Source of the DNA: the human T2T-CHM13v2.0 reference genome, Homo sapiens
Assembly: GCF_009914755.1 (NCBI RefSeq)
Contig: NC_060926.1
Direction: 5' to 3' (one strand)
DNA: 64,000 nucleotides
Part shown: in pieces, positions 44,731 to 58,200 of the stretch
How positions within the stretch are numbered: the stretch's first letter is position 1
Layout of the letters: each line of letters opens with the position of its first letter
Translations under genes and position numbers: made by a program
Notes under the pieces: generated by a model
What the model was told of the DNA's origin: nothing
The model's database searches: none
Seen by the model: only the letters and a program-made list of their open reading frames with translations

Positions 44731-45189
44731 AGTGAAGGAGGCAAGCCCAGAGAAAAGAGAGTAGAGACACAGAGAAGGGGTGGGGCGTTCTTGCCCTCCA
44801 GAAAAGCAGAGAAGGGGTTGGGGCATGGAAATAAGGGATCGGGGCACAGAGATAAGAGGTTGGGTTCCTGTCCCTCCCCCAGAAAAGCAGGACATGCCGC
44901 TAAGGGTGAAGGACCAAGGCAGGCGTCCCTGTGGGGCCTGACACCTCTGAAACCTCTCTGATTAGAGAGGTGTCCCTGCAATGATTAAACACCAAGGGAA
45001 GGCTGCCTTTCCTAGTCCGTGACCGGCGCTGGAGTTTTGGGTCCACGGATAAAACGTGTCTCTGTCTCTACCAGAAAATGAAAGGAATTGAAATTAAGAG
45101 AAGGGAGAGATTGAAGAGTGGCACCAAGGTTGAAAGGAGAGAGGTTGAGGGATAGTGAGGGAGGTTGGAGAAGAGAGTAAAAAGAGGCC

Positions 45190-45198
45190 ACTTACCGG
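45190..45198 (-). promoter_or_regulatory. HERV-H major splice donor
   Basis: CCG|GTAAGT about 150 nt downstream of the 5' LTR. Confidence 0.8.
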
Positions 45199-45322
45199 AT
45201 TTGAAATTGGTGAGATGTTTCTTGGGCTGGTTGGTCTGAGGACCCGAGGTTGTAGGTGGATCGTTCTCACAGAGCAAAGAGGAAGAGGACAGGGGATTGA
45301 TCTCGCAAGGGAGGTCCCCCCG

Positions 45323-45340
45323 ATCTGAGTCACGGTACTA
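45323..45340 (-). other. Primer binding site, tRNA-His type, mutated
   Basis: TAGTACCGTGACTCAGAT versus canonical TGGTGCCGTGACTCGGAT. Confidence 0.85.
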
Positions 45341-45342
45341 AA

Positions 45343-45746
45343 TTTCACTTGCGTCCGTGTGAAGAGACCACCAAACAGGCTTTGTGTGAGCAATAAAGCT
45401 GTTTATTTCACCTGGGTGCAGGCAGGCTGAGTCCGAAAAGAGAGTCAGCGAAGGGAGATAGGGGTGGGGCCATTTTATAGGATTTGGGTAGGTAAAGGAA
45501 AAAGGGGGGTTGTTCTCTGGCGGGCAGGAGTGGGGGTCCCAAGGTGCTCAGTAGGGGAGCTTTTGAGCCAGGATGAGCCAGGAGAAGGAATTTCACAAGA
45601 TAATGCCATCAGTTAAGGCAGGAACAGGCCATTTTCACTTCTTTTGTGGTGGAATGTCATCAGTTAAGGCAGGAACCGGCCATCTGGATGTGTAGGTGCA
45701 GGTCACAGGGGATATGATGGCTTAGCTTGGGCTCAGAGGCCTGACA
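45343..45746 (-). promoter_or_regulatory. HERV-H 5' LTR (LTR7, LTR7up-like) promoter
   Basis: TGTCAGGCC start; duplicated ATGGCC.GTTCCTGCCTTAACTGATG block; ACAAAAGA 45640-45647; CTATAAAA 45473-45480; GCCCCACCCC 45461-45470. Confidence 0.93.
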
Positions 45747-48281
45747 ATTACCGTCCTGATTTATGGAATAAAAAACAATTTCAGAAAGTCTGGTTACAGT
45801 AAGAGAAGGAACAGATATTTTGAATTAAGTCTAAGTGACTCTACAGCACATGCTTTTAAATAGTATACAAGAGTCCCTCCTCTTCGTGACTCTATGTCAC
45901 AGCTTAGAGTTGAACTCTGGGAAAATAATGAATCTGTAATGGAAATCTAAAATTAAATATCTATTATGGTCGAGGTGTCTATGCTATTCCAATTAGGAGT
46001 TCTTATAAAGTTGCCAGGAGCATTGGCCATGTATTTAAATAATAGAGTCAATTTTGCAAAATTCTACTGTTGCCATTTCTTCTCCTCAGCTTTCCTACAT
46101 CTTTAGATTTCCCTTTGGATTCCTGCTTCTACTTATACTGTGGACCTGTCATCTCACTCTGGAAAAAATATTTTTATTTACTCTTGATTCCCATGGCTGA
46201 TATCAGTGATCCACTCACATGCCAAGTCACAGCACTTGCTATTTTCTCTTAATTTATTGATTGATTTCTATGATTCACTAATTTATATGGTTTAAACTAA
46301 GCTGGTATAACAACAGATTTCCAAAAGTAAGGTCATAAGGGGAAGATAGAATTTTGAGGAATTGCTCTCATGCTTTATATGTAGCTTCTATTTCTGGGTT
46401 TGTTTATTTTCTGGAGATCAGAAAAGAGAAAGAGGAAGTGAAGAGCAAGCAGTTTCCTTCTTAAAGAAATGATCCAGACATGAATACATCACTTTTGCTC
46501 AGATACCCAAAACTGACAGCAAGGGAGTCTGGAAAATGTAGTCTGAAATTGCTAATCCTGGTTATCTAGCTGAAACAGAGAGGGGACTTAGCATCCCAGT
46601 TCTAAACTGAATAAGTAGAAAATGAATGCTGACATCAATCAACAATCTTTTCCAGAAGATTCATGCACTTTAGTTGCAGGTAAGAGGTATACTTTGCCAT
46701 TTCTTGTCTCATATTCTCACAAGAGCAACCAGCTATGCATGCTTCCTAGCCAGCTTCCTTTACCCACATGTCTCCAAATCAAAGAAAGGATAGATTTTTA
46801 AAGTTCTAGAACAACAATCACAACACTCAGCAACGTGTTAAAACTGAACAGAGTTGAAAGCCAATGCAATGATCAGAATCAGACAAAAAGTCAGATCAAA
46901 GGAAATAACAAGGAACTTCATAGGCAGGTACATACCAAACAAATCTGCTTAAGAGTTTCTAGGCTTTTTAAAAGTAGGTCTGACCAACATTCTGGCCCAC
47001 AGAGTTATCTGTTGTTTAGCTGATTGTTCTGGTCTCATTGTTTATTATAAAAGTTCGTATTTGACCTATAGAAAACATTAGACAATTTGTGAAATTATAT
47101 AGCAGCAGAGGGCTAACATGACTAATTACAAAATAATGCTGATGTCCAAGAATACAATTTTAATCATTAATTGGAATAAATTCCTATCTTCAAGAATTTT
47201 GTCTAAAAACTACTTGCATGCGTTCAAGTGGAGTTTTTTTTCCAGAATGTTCTAGATCCAACTTTCCCTTTTGAAGTTTTTAAATGTCTTTCTTTCAATA
47301 TGATAACCACATCTGAACACAACAGTTCCTATGTGGAGTAAATAGACAAATGTCATGTGTCTACTTGCACAACAGGTTTTGTTTGGTTTTAGCTACCACA
47401 GCGGTGTCACTGTTGAACCACATGAGGTCTGTGGCCCAAGATTTTTACATAATTCATATAAATTTTCAGAAACAAAGCAAACCATATTCTGTATAGGTGA
47501 CAATGATTTTTTCAACCTAAATTCAATATATTACATTTACACCTGTTACATTTCATGGCCTATCACCTCTCAGCTCATTCACAGCCATCTGTACACACCC
47601 TTTCATCACCCTAAAATTTTACACACGTGGTTCTCTTTACTTAAATGACTTCTCTCTTTCCATCTAATCAACTACTACTTATACTTTAAACTCAAATTCA
47701 GGTATACCTTTCCCTTGGTAGACTTGTATTAACTAACCCCAAGTAATAGGTGCAAACATCGTTGAATTGAATTGCATTCAAGTCCTAAGGTATATAATTT
47801 CAAACCATGGTCACAGTTGCTAAAAATGTGCTCTGTTGATGCTTATTGACTATTTAATCCTAAAGGATGAGTTAGAATCATAAATAGGCTAAAGGAGTTG
47901 TTGAAGTAAAGTTTGCTGTTGAACTGTATTCTGATAATATGACAATAGTAATTAAAACAAAAATAGTTATCTGTTTTTAAAATGATTATCATACATGACA
48001 CCATCAAAAAGACATTTGCAAATCAGAAGAAATTATATAATACATACTTTTAATAATCAATTCTGCTAATTATCAATTGTCACTTTGTTACTTTGGGAGG
48101 CAAAGTAAATAAGGCAATTAGCAGTTAATTGAATATCCAGATACTCAAGACAATTTACTGGGCATTTTATTGTGCATTGCTCAATCACCATGACAACTCT
48201 CTGTGTTAGACTATTATCCATCATTTAGAAAAAGGAAATAGAAAATTATCTGAGAATAAGAGAAGGTAAAGAACTTTTTGT

Positions 48282-48704
48282 TGTATGATGGGGCTTAGAA
48301 GTCAACTCCAAGTCAAAGATTAGCATACAAGAAGTTTCTTAGGTAGTGCTCCTAAAATCACCATCTTTAGGGGAAGTAAAGAAAGCAGAACTGGCAAAGA
48401 AATAACTTGACTGAATGCTGTCTTGAAAAAGATTCAGTCAATTATGAAGAGCTGTGGATGTCCCTGGAGACATGTGCTGATTTGGAGGTGAGGGAGCCAA
48501 ATGCTTTATACTACTGCATTGACCAGTCATTTGATACAAGATGCCTTGAAATACGGTTGTGACCTTATTTCCAAGGGAATTACTAGACTTTTTTGGCCCA
48601 AGGGAAATTACTAGAAAGGGCTGACAACTGACAGCCTCCACTGGCAAATTCCCTAGCAGCTGGACTGAAGAGAAATCTGGACAAAAAAAGTTAAGCATCT
48701 AAAG
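48282..48704 (-). mobile_element. LTR16C-like ERVL LTR
   Basis: GCATTGACCAGTCATTTGAT, CCCTAGCAGCTGG; colinear with the 50855-51290 copy. Confidence 0.6.
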
Positions 48705-50850
48705 TTAATTTATTGAGCTGTCTGATACACTTGATTCAGATGAGGTCCAGAAGTATTTCTCTCAAAACTTCATCCTCTGTGGCCCCTTTTCCTTGGGAGG
48801 TTCTTACAATAGGAGGGATAGTGAGTCAAATTAAGGCCCTGCCCCTGCAGTTAGTCTTAAGAATGTAACTAATGCTTAATATAAACTTCTTAAAATGTTC
48901 ATTCTAGATTTCACTCACCCTTGTTTAGCACCTTTACTAGTTTAGTTAGCTTTCCTTGTGGGGTCATCCAGACCCTCATTCTTGAGAGGTATGATCTCTT
49001 GCTTACCATGACATCTCAGGCCCAGACTGGTGCACTTTTACTATCAGTTGGATACAAGAGTAATATGAAATTTCCAAATGGATCTCTAAAATCCTAAAAA
49101 TATTCCTCCCTGCCCTGGCAGAAACTTTATCTAGCATCAGCTATGTTTCCTCCTGATCATCAGGGTCAATTACCTATGTTAAGATGTTATTTTTCTTCTT
49201 GCATCATTGTCCTAGATTATAAGGACTCAAAACACCCAGGTGGAAATGTATTAATAGTTTAAAGTTCAATTTGACTCTTACTAAGTCTCCTGGTGAAAGT
49301 GTTTTTTCTTTGTAAATCATAACTTTTAAGCCCAGATAACCTAGAGCTGTAGGGACAGAAAAACCCATTTCTCCAAAAGAGTCACTTACAGTGAGCAACC
49401 AGGGCCCCTCTTCACTGAACTACAAATTCTACCTATTATGAAAGCAGCACAATATAATGGTCATTGATACAGTGTTTAGGCGCTGTCAAGAGGATTTTGC
49501 CTCGTCTTTACAGGATATTGTTTCTGAACTGAGACCTGTCTTCGCATTGTTGTTACAGATTAGCCGCTCTTGGACCATATAATATGTGATAAAACAATAG
49601 GATTCCATTATGATGTGGTCACTGCATATCTTATTTGCTATAAAATGTACATATAATATTATTTGAATATGCCATATAATTGTATCTAATACTTGTAAGT
49701 CCCTGGTTAATGGTCCTAGCTGAGGCCTTTAAGCAGGAACTAAAAACCTATACCTGAAATATATATCAATTCTCATCAAAATAAACCACTGTCCCTTCTA
49801 GAATGAAGCAAATTAATGAAGTAAACCTGCTTCAAAGGGGATAATTGGTCCCTTTGAGTGACAGGACTACATCTAGAGGTTAGGTTTAGACTTTGTAGCT
49901 AATAGGATGGATATTCATCAATTGTAGTATCTGTACCAGATTGCTAAGTGGGAATCGATACTGTTGAGCCCATCTCTGCCGCCATCACTATTCTGTTCAC
50001 TTATTCATTGTGCCAGAACTGGGGGAGGGAGGAATAACAGAGGCTGGTTGATGTCAAATAGCCAAGGCATTCTCTGTTTGGCTATTTAGTCCCTTGTCCA
50101 TGGTGAATAATCACTAGCAAGCATTGACATTCAATACAAAGATTTTTACACTTTGTACCCATTCCTGTAGGCCCATCCACATGCAACTATTCAAGACTTC
50201 CTCACCAGTGTTCCACTTTTTCTCTTTTAGGTCTCTGATGAAGTTACCAAGCCATTTATTTTTCACTTTTCAGCTTCTGGCCATTCCTTAAACCATTTAC
50301 CAATGCTCATGCATCTATATATATACTAATGTCAGGCCATTTCTATTTGAATCCAAAGTGGATCACCAGCTGTGATCCATTTTCAGCTTTTGGTGACTTA
50401 CGCTAAGCACTCTGATCAGTGAAATAAACATGGTCTTTTTTGTTTTCCTTTATCATTTTGTCATATGAGAGCAACCGTCTGACCACAAAAGCGAGCAAAG
50501 GGAGAGATGCTGAATCCACAGAGTGTATGGCAAGGAGTCTGGGTAACATGCTTATGTAACTACTTTGTGGTTTCTGCTTCTGCTAATACTCAATCCCAAA
50601 TGCACAACTTCCGCTTCACAACAGATTTCTGCTAATCCTCTTTGATTTCATGACTTGGTAGGTTACCAAACAAGCTGTATGGTGGGTAGTTCTGGTCACA
50701 TGATAACTTTGTATCAGTCACTCTGTATCAACCAGGGCACATTTACCAGCTAATTTGTGCTAACGGCTATAGATTCTCCACCTACCACCAGTTTCTTCAT
50801 TTCCAGCAGCATTTGGGTGCTCTGGCTCCAAAATCTCATGTGCTTTCTCA
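48705..50850 (-). mobile_element. Ancient ERVL internal remnant (pol RNase H/integrase region)
   Basis: Minus-strand peptides MWMGLQEWVQSVKIFVLNVNA (~50120-50185), ALVDTE..PELP (~50680-50740), FWS (~50825) resemble HERV-L Pol. Confidence 0.7.
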
Positions 50851-50854
50851 GACT

Positions 50855-51290
50855 ACACCTAGTACTGACTCTTACAGGAAGCAGGATTCTGAAATGGAGA
50901 TTACCATGCTGAAAGTTAATTCAGGAGTGCTCTTGAAATTAATACTTTGGGGAAGGAAAAGAATCAAGATTGGACAGGGGGATAATTTGTGTTGTGGAGT
51001 AGGCACAATAAGGCTTCAGACAACCTTACATGGAATTCTGAAGCCAGGATAGTCCTTCAGAATTGTCTCAAGTTGGGACATGAGGTCCAGTCTTTTGCAC
51101 AACTTACTGACTTGCCAGTGGGTGAGGGCTGTCCTGGGAAGAGGGTGTGACTTTGACAGAGACAGCTGCCTTTAGCCAAGGGGAATTTCTTGAGAGGTTG
51201 ACAGCTGACACCTGCTAACCTTCCTTCCATGGGGGGTCAGAGGGAAGGATAAGCCTAAAAAGGAGGTGAGCCAACACCATATTTGTGACA
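50855..51290 (-). mobile_element. LTR16C-like ERVL LTR
   Basis: GGAGTGCTCTTG..GATTGGACAG..CCTTCAGAATTGTC..GAGGGTGTGACTTTG; ends GTGACA. Confidence 0.65.
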
Positions 51291-51592
51291 CTTTGAAAAG
51301 TCACTCCATCAGGATGGGACAGAAATTTTAACCCAAGTTTGTTTGTTCTTTATTTTTTCTTAACTCTAAGTCCTATGCTTTCTATCACAACAAGGTTTTA
51401 TTTGTCATTCCCCATACAGTATTAGAAAAATGTCAAAATATTGTCCAAAGGCACACACACACACACAGTCATACCCACAGCTATAATAATTACTTAAATG
51501 CAATTTTTATTCCACTATTTACACTTAAAAATATGGCATAAGCCTTTGAAATTTATTTTTCAATGTGTTATTTGCTAGAAATTTGTCTTTGT

Positions 51593-51973
<381 letters not shown>

Positions 51974-52630
51974 TTAGGCGGGTAATTCTGTGAATTATGC
52001 TTAAACAACTGCTAAAGAGATTATAGCTGCCTCTGTGGACATGATCAAAAGAAATCAATCACGTTCTGGTCAATCTGCTTCTTTATTTAAACTATTATTG
52101 CAGATCAATGAACAATCAATTAGATTACTACCTGATCACTGTAATTTTGTGATTGAATTGTCTAAAATAACGTGGATCAACCAGAATGTCCATACTGTCA
52201 TACCAATCATTTACTCTGATGCAGACGAGGGAGTGAGGTAGTATGAAAAGGCAGAATTAATAGTCTCCTTCTTACCTGTGATTTTAGATAGTTAAGCATT
52301 CCCAAACCACTTCTTAATCACAAGAAAAAAACTTTTATCTCTTTTTAATCTTTTAGCTATGATGTCATACCTGACCCAAACGGCTTCCATGTCTCTGAGG
52401 TTTCAATATTTAATTTGAAGTGTTTTCCTAAATAAAACTTTTCTTTTTTCATTAGCAACACATCGGGCCCTGAATTGTCTTTTATAACTGTTTTGGTTAC
52501 CATTACCCTACATGTGCTCCAGTGGTGGTGGAATTTCAAATTTTAATGTAGGACATATATGCTAACTTTTAGCGTTTTTTTATCTCTAATGAGATTCCAA
52601 CCAAATATTTACAGTTGACTAGATATAGAC

Positions 52631-52859
52631 CAGGGGTTAACAACTTTTTCTGTAAAAGGACAGACAGTAAGTTTTTCAGGCTTTGTGGACTATAGTTTCT
52701 GTTGAAACTGCCAAATTATACTGAAAGCAGCAATAGACAATGCATAAGTGAATGAGTATGTTTGGGTTCCAGTGAAACTTTATTTACCAAAACAAGCAGC
52801 AGGCCAGATTTGACCTGTGGGCTATAGTTCACCTGTGGGTCATAGTTTGCCAACTCTTG
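52631..52859 (+). mobile_element. MER58A (hAT-Charlie MITE)
   Basis: CAGGGGTT..AACTTTTTCTGTAAAAGG...ATAGTTTGCCAACTCTTG; internal 18-bp duplication ACCTGTGGG..ATAGTT; degenerate 8-bp TSD ATATAGAC/ATTTATAC. Confidence 0.85.
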
Positions 52860-54584
52860 ATTTATACAATGTCAAATAACTGAACTAGATAAAAAGTGAG
52901 TCATTCCATTAATTGAGTGTTTAGTTTACTAAAACCCTACATTTTGATATTTGAAAATACCCAACAGATGGATTGAATATATTTAGCTTAAATCTGACTG
53001 TTTGACATTGTGTAAGCGGAGCCATCTATCTGTGCTGTCACAGACTGTGGATGAAGGATGTAGGCAAGCCAAATAGTTCGACCTTCTATTTGTCCCTAAG
53101 AAATTCAGCAGTAAATTTCACTGAAAAAAATGTAAGTGCTAGACATTGTTCTAGACACAGAGACCTAAAACTGTAGGTACCCACTTTTTGTATAATTCTA
53201 TATGCCACATCATGTTTAAAATTAATGTTTAAATTAATTTTAATTTAACATTTAACATTTAATTTAACATTAATGTTTAAAATTAAGTGGACAAAACACA
53301 ATTTTCATAATTCTAGTCTCAGGCAGTTACTTCATTTTATGTGTGTGGGCATGATTTTTCTGGAAATAAACATCTGTTAAATGTAGCTAAAAGTTAATTT
53401 TTAATCATAAAAAGTAATTTCCTTTAATCACCTCCTAGCTTTGCATGTTTTTATTTTCTCCCCTGCTGTTTGCTGATCTGTCAGGTCAGAGAATTCAAAA
53501 ATCTTGTTATTTCTTCCTAAAGAAGTCACAAGCTGATCTATCATTTCTCCTGTTGAAAATATGAGGATTGCTTTTGAGATGTAATGGCTCTCAGATTTAT
53601 TTATTATTACATTTAATTTTGTATTTTTGGCACATCAAATTCCAAGCTAATGTTTTATGCTGCTTCACCCACAACTTACTATGCAATTGATGCCTTTAGT
53701 ATATCATTTCTCTCATCTGCTAAGTGTATCTCAGAATGTCATATGACTTTTCTCTAGATCTCTGACATCATGACTATAGTTTATGTGATGCATGAAATGT
53801 ATCCATTTTTGACTAGTTCATCTTTGGAATGTAAACTGTGCTGCTAGGCAGCAAAATCAGAGGGAAAATTTTATTTGACGGTTAATAGTGTAATCCATTC
53901 CATCCTCATATAATACATGTGTTTGTTTCTGCTTAATAATAGATTATACATATTAAATATTTATTACTTCTCTAATATTATATTTTCTTCACATCATAAT
54001 TAAGTAACATCAGGCAGGCCACTTAATGTAACTGACAGTAATGACTGACCTCGTCTTCAACTATGTATTTTTGTTTTATACCTACAGACCTTGAGATTTT
54101 ATTTTATTTTTTATTGAGATAGGTTTCTCATTGCCCATAAGTAGGTAATAGCAGGGCTGCTATTAAAATAGACCACCCTTTTCGTCTTCATTATCTACAA
54201 TGTAGGCCATATATTGAATCAGACTGACCCATTGGCTATAGAAATTTGGTGCTGATTTCTGGTTGAAAAGGACGTAAGTGACACAAAAAGAGTGATCTTG
54301 AAAGGGAAGCCCAGCGTTTTGCAGGCGTTGAAGTTATCACTGCAGGGGTGTGCGTGTAGGGGGTGTATGTGTGTGCACAGAATAAAGGAATGAGCTAGAG
54401 TAAACTTTTATTTATTTATTTTATTTTATCTGTTCAGAAAAGCTTCTCCCTTTTTTGTGAACTATTCAGGTGGTATTATCAGTGTCTGATAGTCACAGCT
54501 GCTGCTTCTCTGTTCAAAGGAATAGTTATGTAACTCATGTTAAACCAGTCATGGTATCTTATCTCAAGGCGATGATGACTTGTT

Positions 54585-54872
54585 AAGATCTCTCTCCCTC
54601 TCTCTTTCTTTGTCTTTCATAAAGGTATATGTGATTGTATTTAGGGACCCCCCTACATAAGATAATCCAGAATAAGCTACCCCTCTCAGAATCCTTAACT
54701 TAATCACATTGGAAAAGACTTTTCTGGTTTTTTTGTTGTTGTTGTTCTGTTTGGGGTTTTATTTTGTTTGTTTGTTTTTTGTTTTTTCCAAAGTCAGGCA
54801 GCATTCCTTACTTGGAATCCAAGGATTAGGATATGAACATATGTTTTTAGAGGGTGCCATCTGGTTCAGTAC
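54585..54872 (-). mobile_element. MLT1C/D-like LTR fragment
   Basis: GATAATCCAGAATAA..TCCTTAACTTAATCACAT..GGATTAGGATATGAACATAT. Confidence 0.65.
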
Positions 54873-56904
54873 AATACCTTTCCATAATTTGGTAAAACTT
54901 TCTTTTTCTCACTGCTTTAATTTTTTTCATTTACTATGTTATTTGAAATTAGGTTTTTGCCAATAGCATCTGAAGGAACTCCCAATAAAACACAGATTTT
55001 ATTATGAGATATCTTGCTGGATTCAAAGAAAAACACAATATAGGTGTTAAAAAAAAAGAATGAATTTATATACATAAAAATTTTCACCAACAGTCATCTA
55101 AATGGTCAAGATATCAGTGCAACTTCATTGACTCAGTTGCACTTTAGAAGCAAAAATATCACAGTATTCTTTTTAAACAAAACCACTATATAAACAATAT
55201 TCATGTGCTATAGAAGATTATTATAAAATAAATTATCTTAACATATTTCTCTACAAGTGGAGAGATAAAGACTTTTTAAATAATTGGTTTGGGTCAGACT
55301 TACCATTTTATTCTTTGTACCAAAACCCAACCAGATTAATTAAATTTCTATGGGTAAAAATGGAATAAAGTATTATAATAAAAACATGTGGAAAATAACA
55401 AAAACTTGTAAGAAGAAAAATATTTTAAGTGTATTGCCAAAAGAAGGATATAGAGAGTAAAAAATAAATGTTTAACATTTAAACTTTAATATTTAAAATT
55501 TCTTTATATCAGGAATGACGTAAAACTAAAACCTCAATGATAACTGAGATGTTATTTAAGTATATGGCAAAAATCAAGTACTCTTAAAATATACAATATT
55601 TCAAATTCAAAAATATTCTACATAATGATAAAAAATAAGAGGATATGAAAAGTCATTGCACAAAAAAATGGCTAATTATTCTGTACTAATAAAGAACTGC
55701 AAAATAGAGCAATGAAATATATACATTGTAGTGTTTTGCATTTAACAATACACATTAGATATTTTCCATATCAGGTAGCGCATTTAAATCTAATTCATCC
55801 TCATCAATGTTGTCTAGTATTACATAAAATAAATGTACCATTTCGTTTTCCATGTTTCAAAAGTAAAATGGTGGAATTATATCTAGTCTCTTATCCTGTT
55901 TTTCTGGCCCTGTATGATAGTAAAATTTACTGATGCTCAATATGTCAGTACATAATTAAAGGTCTTAACCATGTGCATGCTATTTGACTAATCAATTTTA
56001 CTTACTGGATTATTCCTATATATCTATTTAAAGATGAGCACAAATATTTAGTAACATCTATAATAAAAACTAAATTAATATTCTAACAACAGATAATTAG
56101 ACATGCTCTTCTGATAATTTAGAAGACTGGCTATACCGAATGTCTTGAATACAACAACTAGAAGTATTGAATACATTTTTATCTATTTTTAAAAAATATA
56201 TCATGAAACTGTCAAGAAAAGAAGCATTTTCAGGGGCAAAATACTCAGTGAAAGTTAGAATCTAGAGAAATAAGTGTAGCAGTGAAGGAACATTTGCCCT
56301 GTGGGCATTTTTCAGTCCAATCAACTTTAACTTTGATTTTCATGGCTTTGCAACCCCTCAGGGATGAGATATAGAAGATCTAGTAGGAAATGCTCTTCAT
56401 AGAACTAGGATCACAATAGTCTAATCTCTCAATTTATGGGCGAAGCAAAAATTCCATCGAATCTCCACACCCACATAAAATATATTCTTAGAAGAGGAAA
56501 AAGGAAAACAAGAAAAAGCTCAAGAAAAATCTTGAGTTTTGTTCCTGGGTAGAAGGAAAGGAGAAATCTATCTCATGCAGTTTCCCCTTCCAAATTCACA
56601 CTACAAAGGTGATCTGTAAAAGGTCAAGCCAAGAATTTGATTTCAGTAAGCCCCAGATTTCCTGTGTTTTTAGGTATCTGGTAGACAATGAAAATTTTTA
56701 GGGAGTAACCCAACTTCAAAAGGAGTCTCAAAGGACTGCCTCACTTGAAACTCCAAATAACATGACTTTAACAATTAGGGAAAAAGAAGTGAAGAAACAA
56801 AGCACAGATGAGACTAAGCAGAAAAGCAAACAAAAATTCCCCTGGGCACAGGATACAAAATAAGCACACTTACTAAATGCAAAAATAAATAAAATGAGAT
56901 ATTC

Positions 56905-57045
56905 TACATGTGTATATATACATATATATATTATACAATATATATTATATATAATATATATTATATATAATATATTATATATAATATATATTATATATAA
57001 TATATTATATATAATATATATTATATATAATATATTATATATATG
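56905..57045. repeat. AT-only minisatellite with three exact 30-bp units
   Basis: TATATTATATATAATATATATTATATATAA x3 at 56941-57030. Confidence 0.95.
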
Positions 57046-57063
57046 CTCACATATAACCAAATA

Positions 57064-58200
57064 GAGGAATAATCCTTTTAGAAGTTAAAATGAATGAAAC
57101 TGAAAGGGCAGTGAATCAGCCAACAACAGATTAAATTTAGAAAAGATTTAACTTCTCTTAGCCAATTAATTCATCTATGCAATTAAAATACTTATAACTG
57201 ATATCTCATGGGTTTCTGTGTGAATCTAATGCATTGTATGGGAAAACATTATAGAAAATAACAAAGCACTGTTTGAATTCAATCATTTGTTTGCTGCTAT
57301 ATATCCATATATTAGCCTGTTATCTGTAAGCTTCACCTACAAATATGGTCAGGCCGTTATTCTACTCTCCTTTTCCTAGGAAAGATAAAAGACAGTAAGA
57401 TAACCAGATAACCAGGGTTGAGGGGACAGGGAGAACATCAGGGAATCAAATCTGGGTCCTCAGCATAGGAAAGGAGACATGAAAGAAGAAGTGATCAATC
57501 CTAGCCATTTTGAATAATTCTGAGAAAAGCACAGAGTCCAGAACTCACTGTTCTTAGCTTAGAGCTGGAACACTGTCATGGAGATTACATGACTTCAACC
57601 TGAACATATGTTAAGAGAGACAGCCAGATTGAACTTCATTCCCACCAAATTCCTTGGCAATTTGAAAACTCCAACATAATTTAGATTTTCTTTGAAGAAA
57701 GAGTAGAAATAACCTGAAATTGATTGAAATTTTATTTTTGGGGGGCAGAACAAAAGACTGAATGATTATTTGGTTTGAATATTGTAATCAAGAAATAAGT
57801 TTTCTATTACTTGAATTCTCAAATATGTGGCTCAAGATTTATATTTATTATCACATGTTCAGTGTTCATCAAGTATTTATTGCACTCCAGAAGAAGAAGT
57901 GATCAATCTTAGCCATTTTTAATAATTCTGAGAAAAGCACAGAGTCCAGATCTCACTGCTCTTAGCTTAGAGCTGGAACAGTCTCATGGAGATTACGTGA
58001 CTTCAATCTGAACATATGATAAGAGGGAGGGACAGATTGAACTTCATTTCCACCAAATTCCTTGTCAATTTGAAAACTTTATAAGGAGGAATAATCCTTT
58101 TAGAAATCAAAATGAATGAAAGTGAAAGGGCAATTAATCAGCCAACAACAGATTGAATTTAGGAAAGGATTTAACTTCTCTGAGCCAATTAATTCATCTA
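57064..58200 (+). repeat. Shuffled local duplication A-B-B'-A'
   Basis: A 57064-57177 ~ A' 58086-58200; B 57483-57670 ~ B' 57891-58078; all direct orientation, about 92% identical. Confidence 0.95.

Larger units (their letters stand above)
40084..45746 (-). mobile_element. HERV-H provirus (common ~5.7-kb internally deleted type) with two LTR7
   Basis: Two 404-bp LTRs, perfect TSD ATTAC (40079-40083, 45747-45751), His-tRNA-type PBS, PPT AAGAAGACAGGAA (40488-40500), gag/pro/pol remnants; inserted in a MIR-like sequence. Confidence 0.98.

Noticed and set aside
53211-53287. TTTAACA/TGTTTAAA quasi-palindromic tract
   Set aside because: Low-complexity AT sequence without a consistent unit
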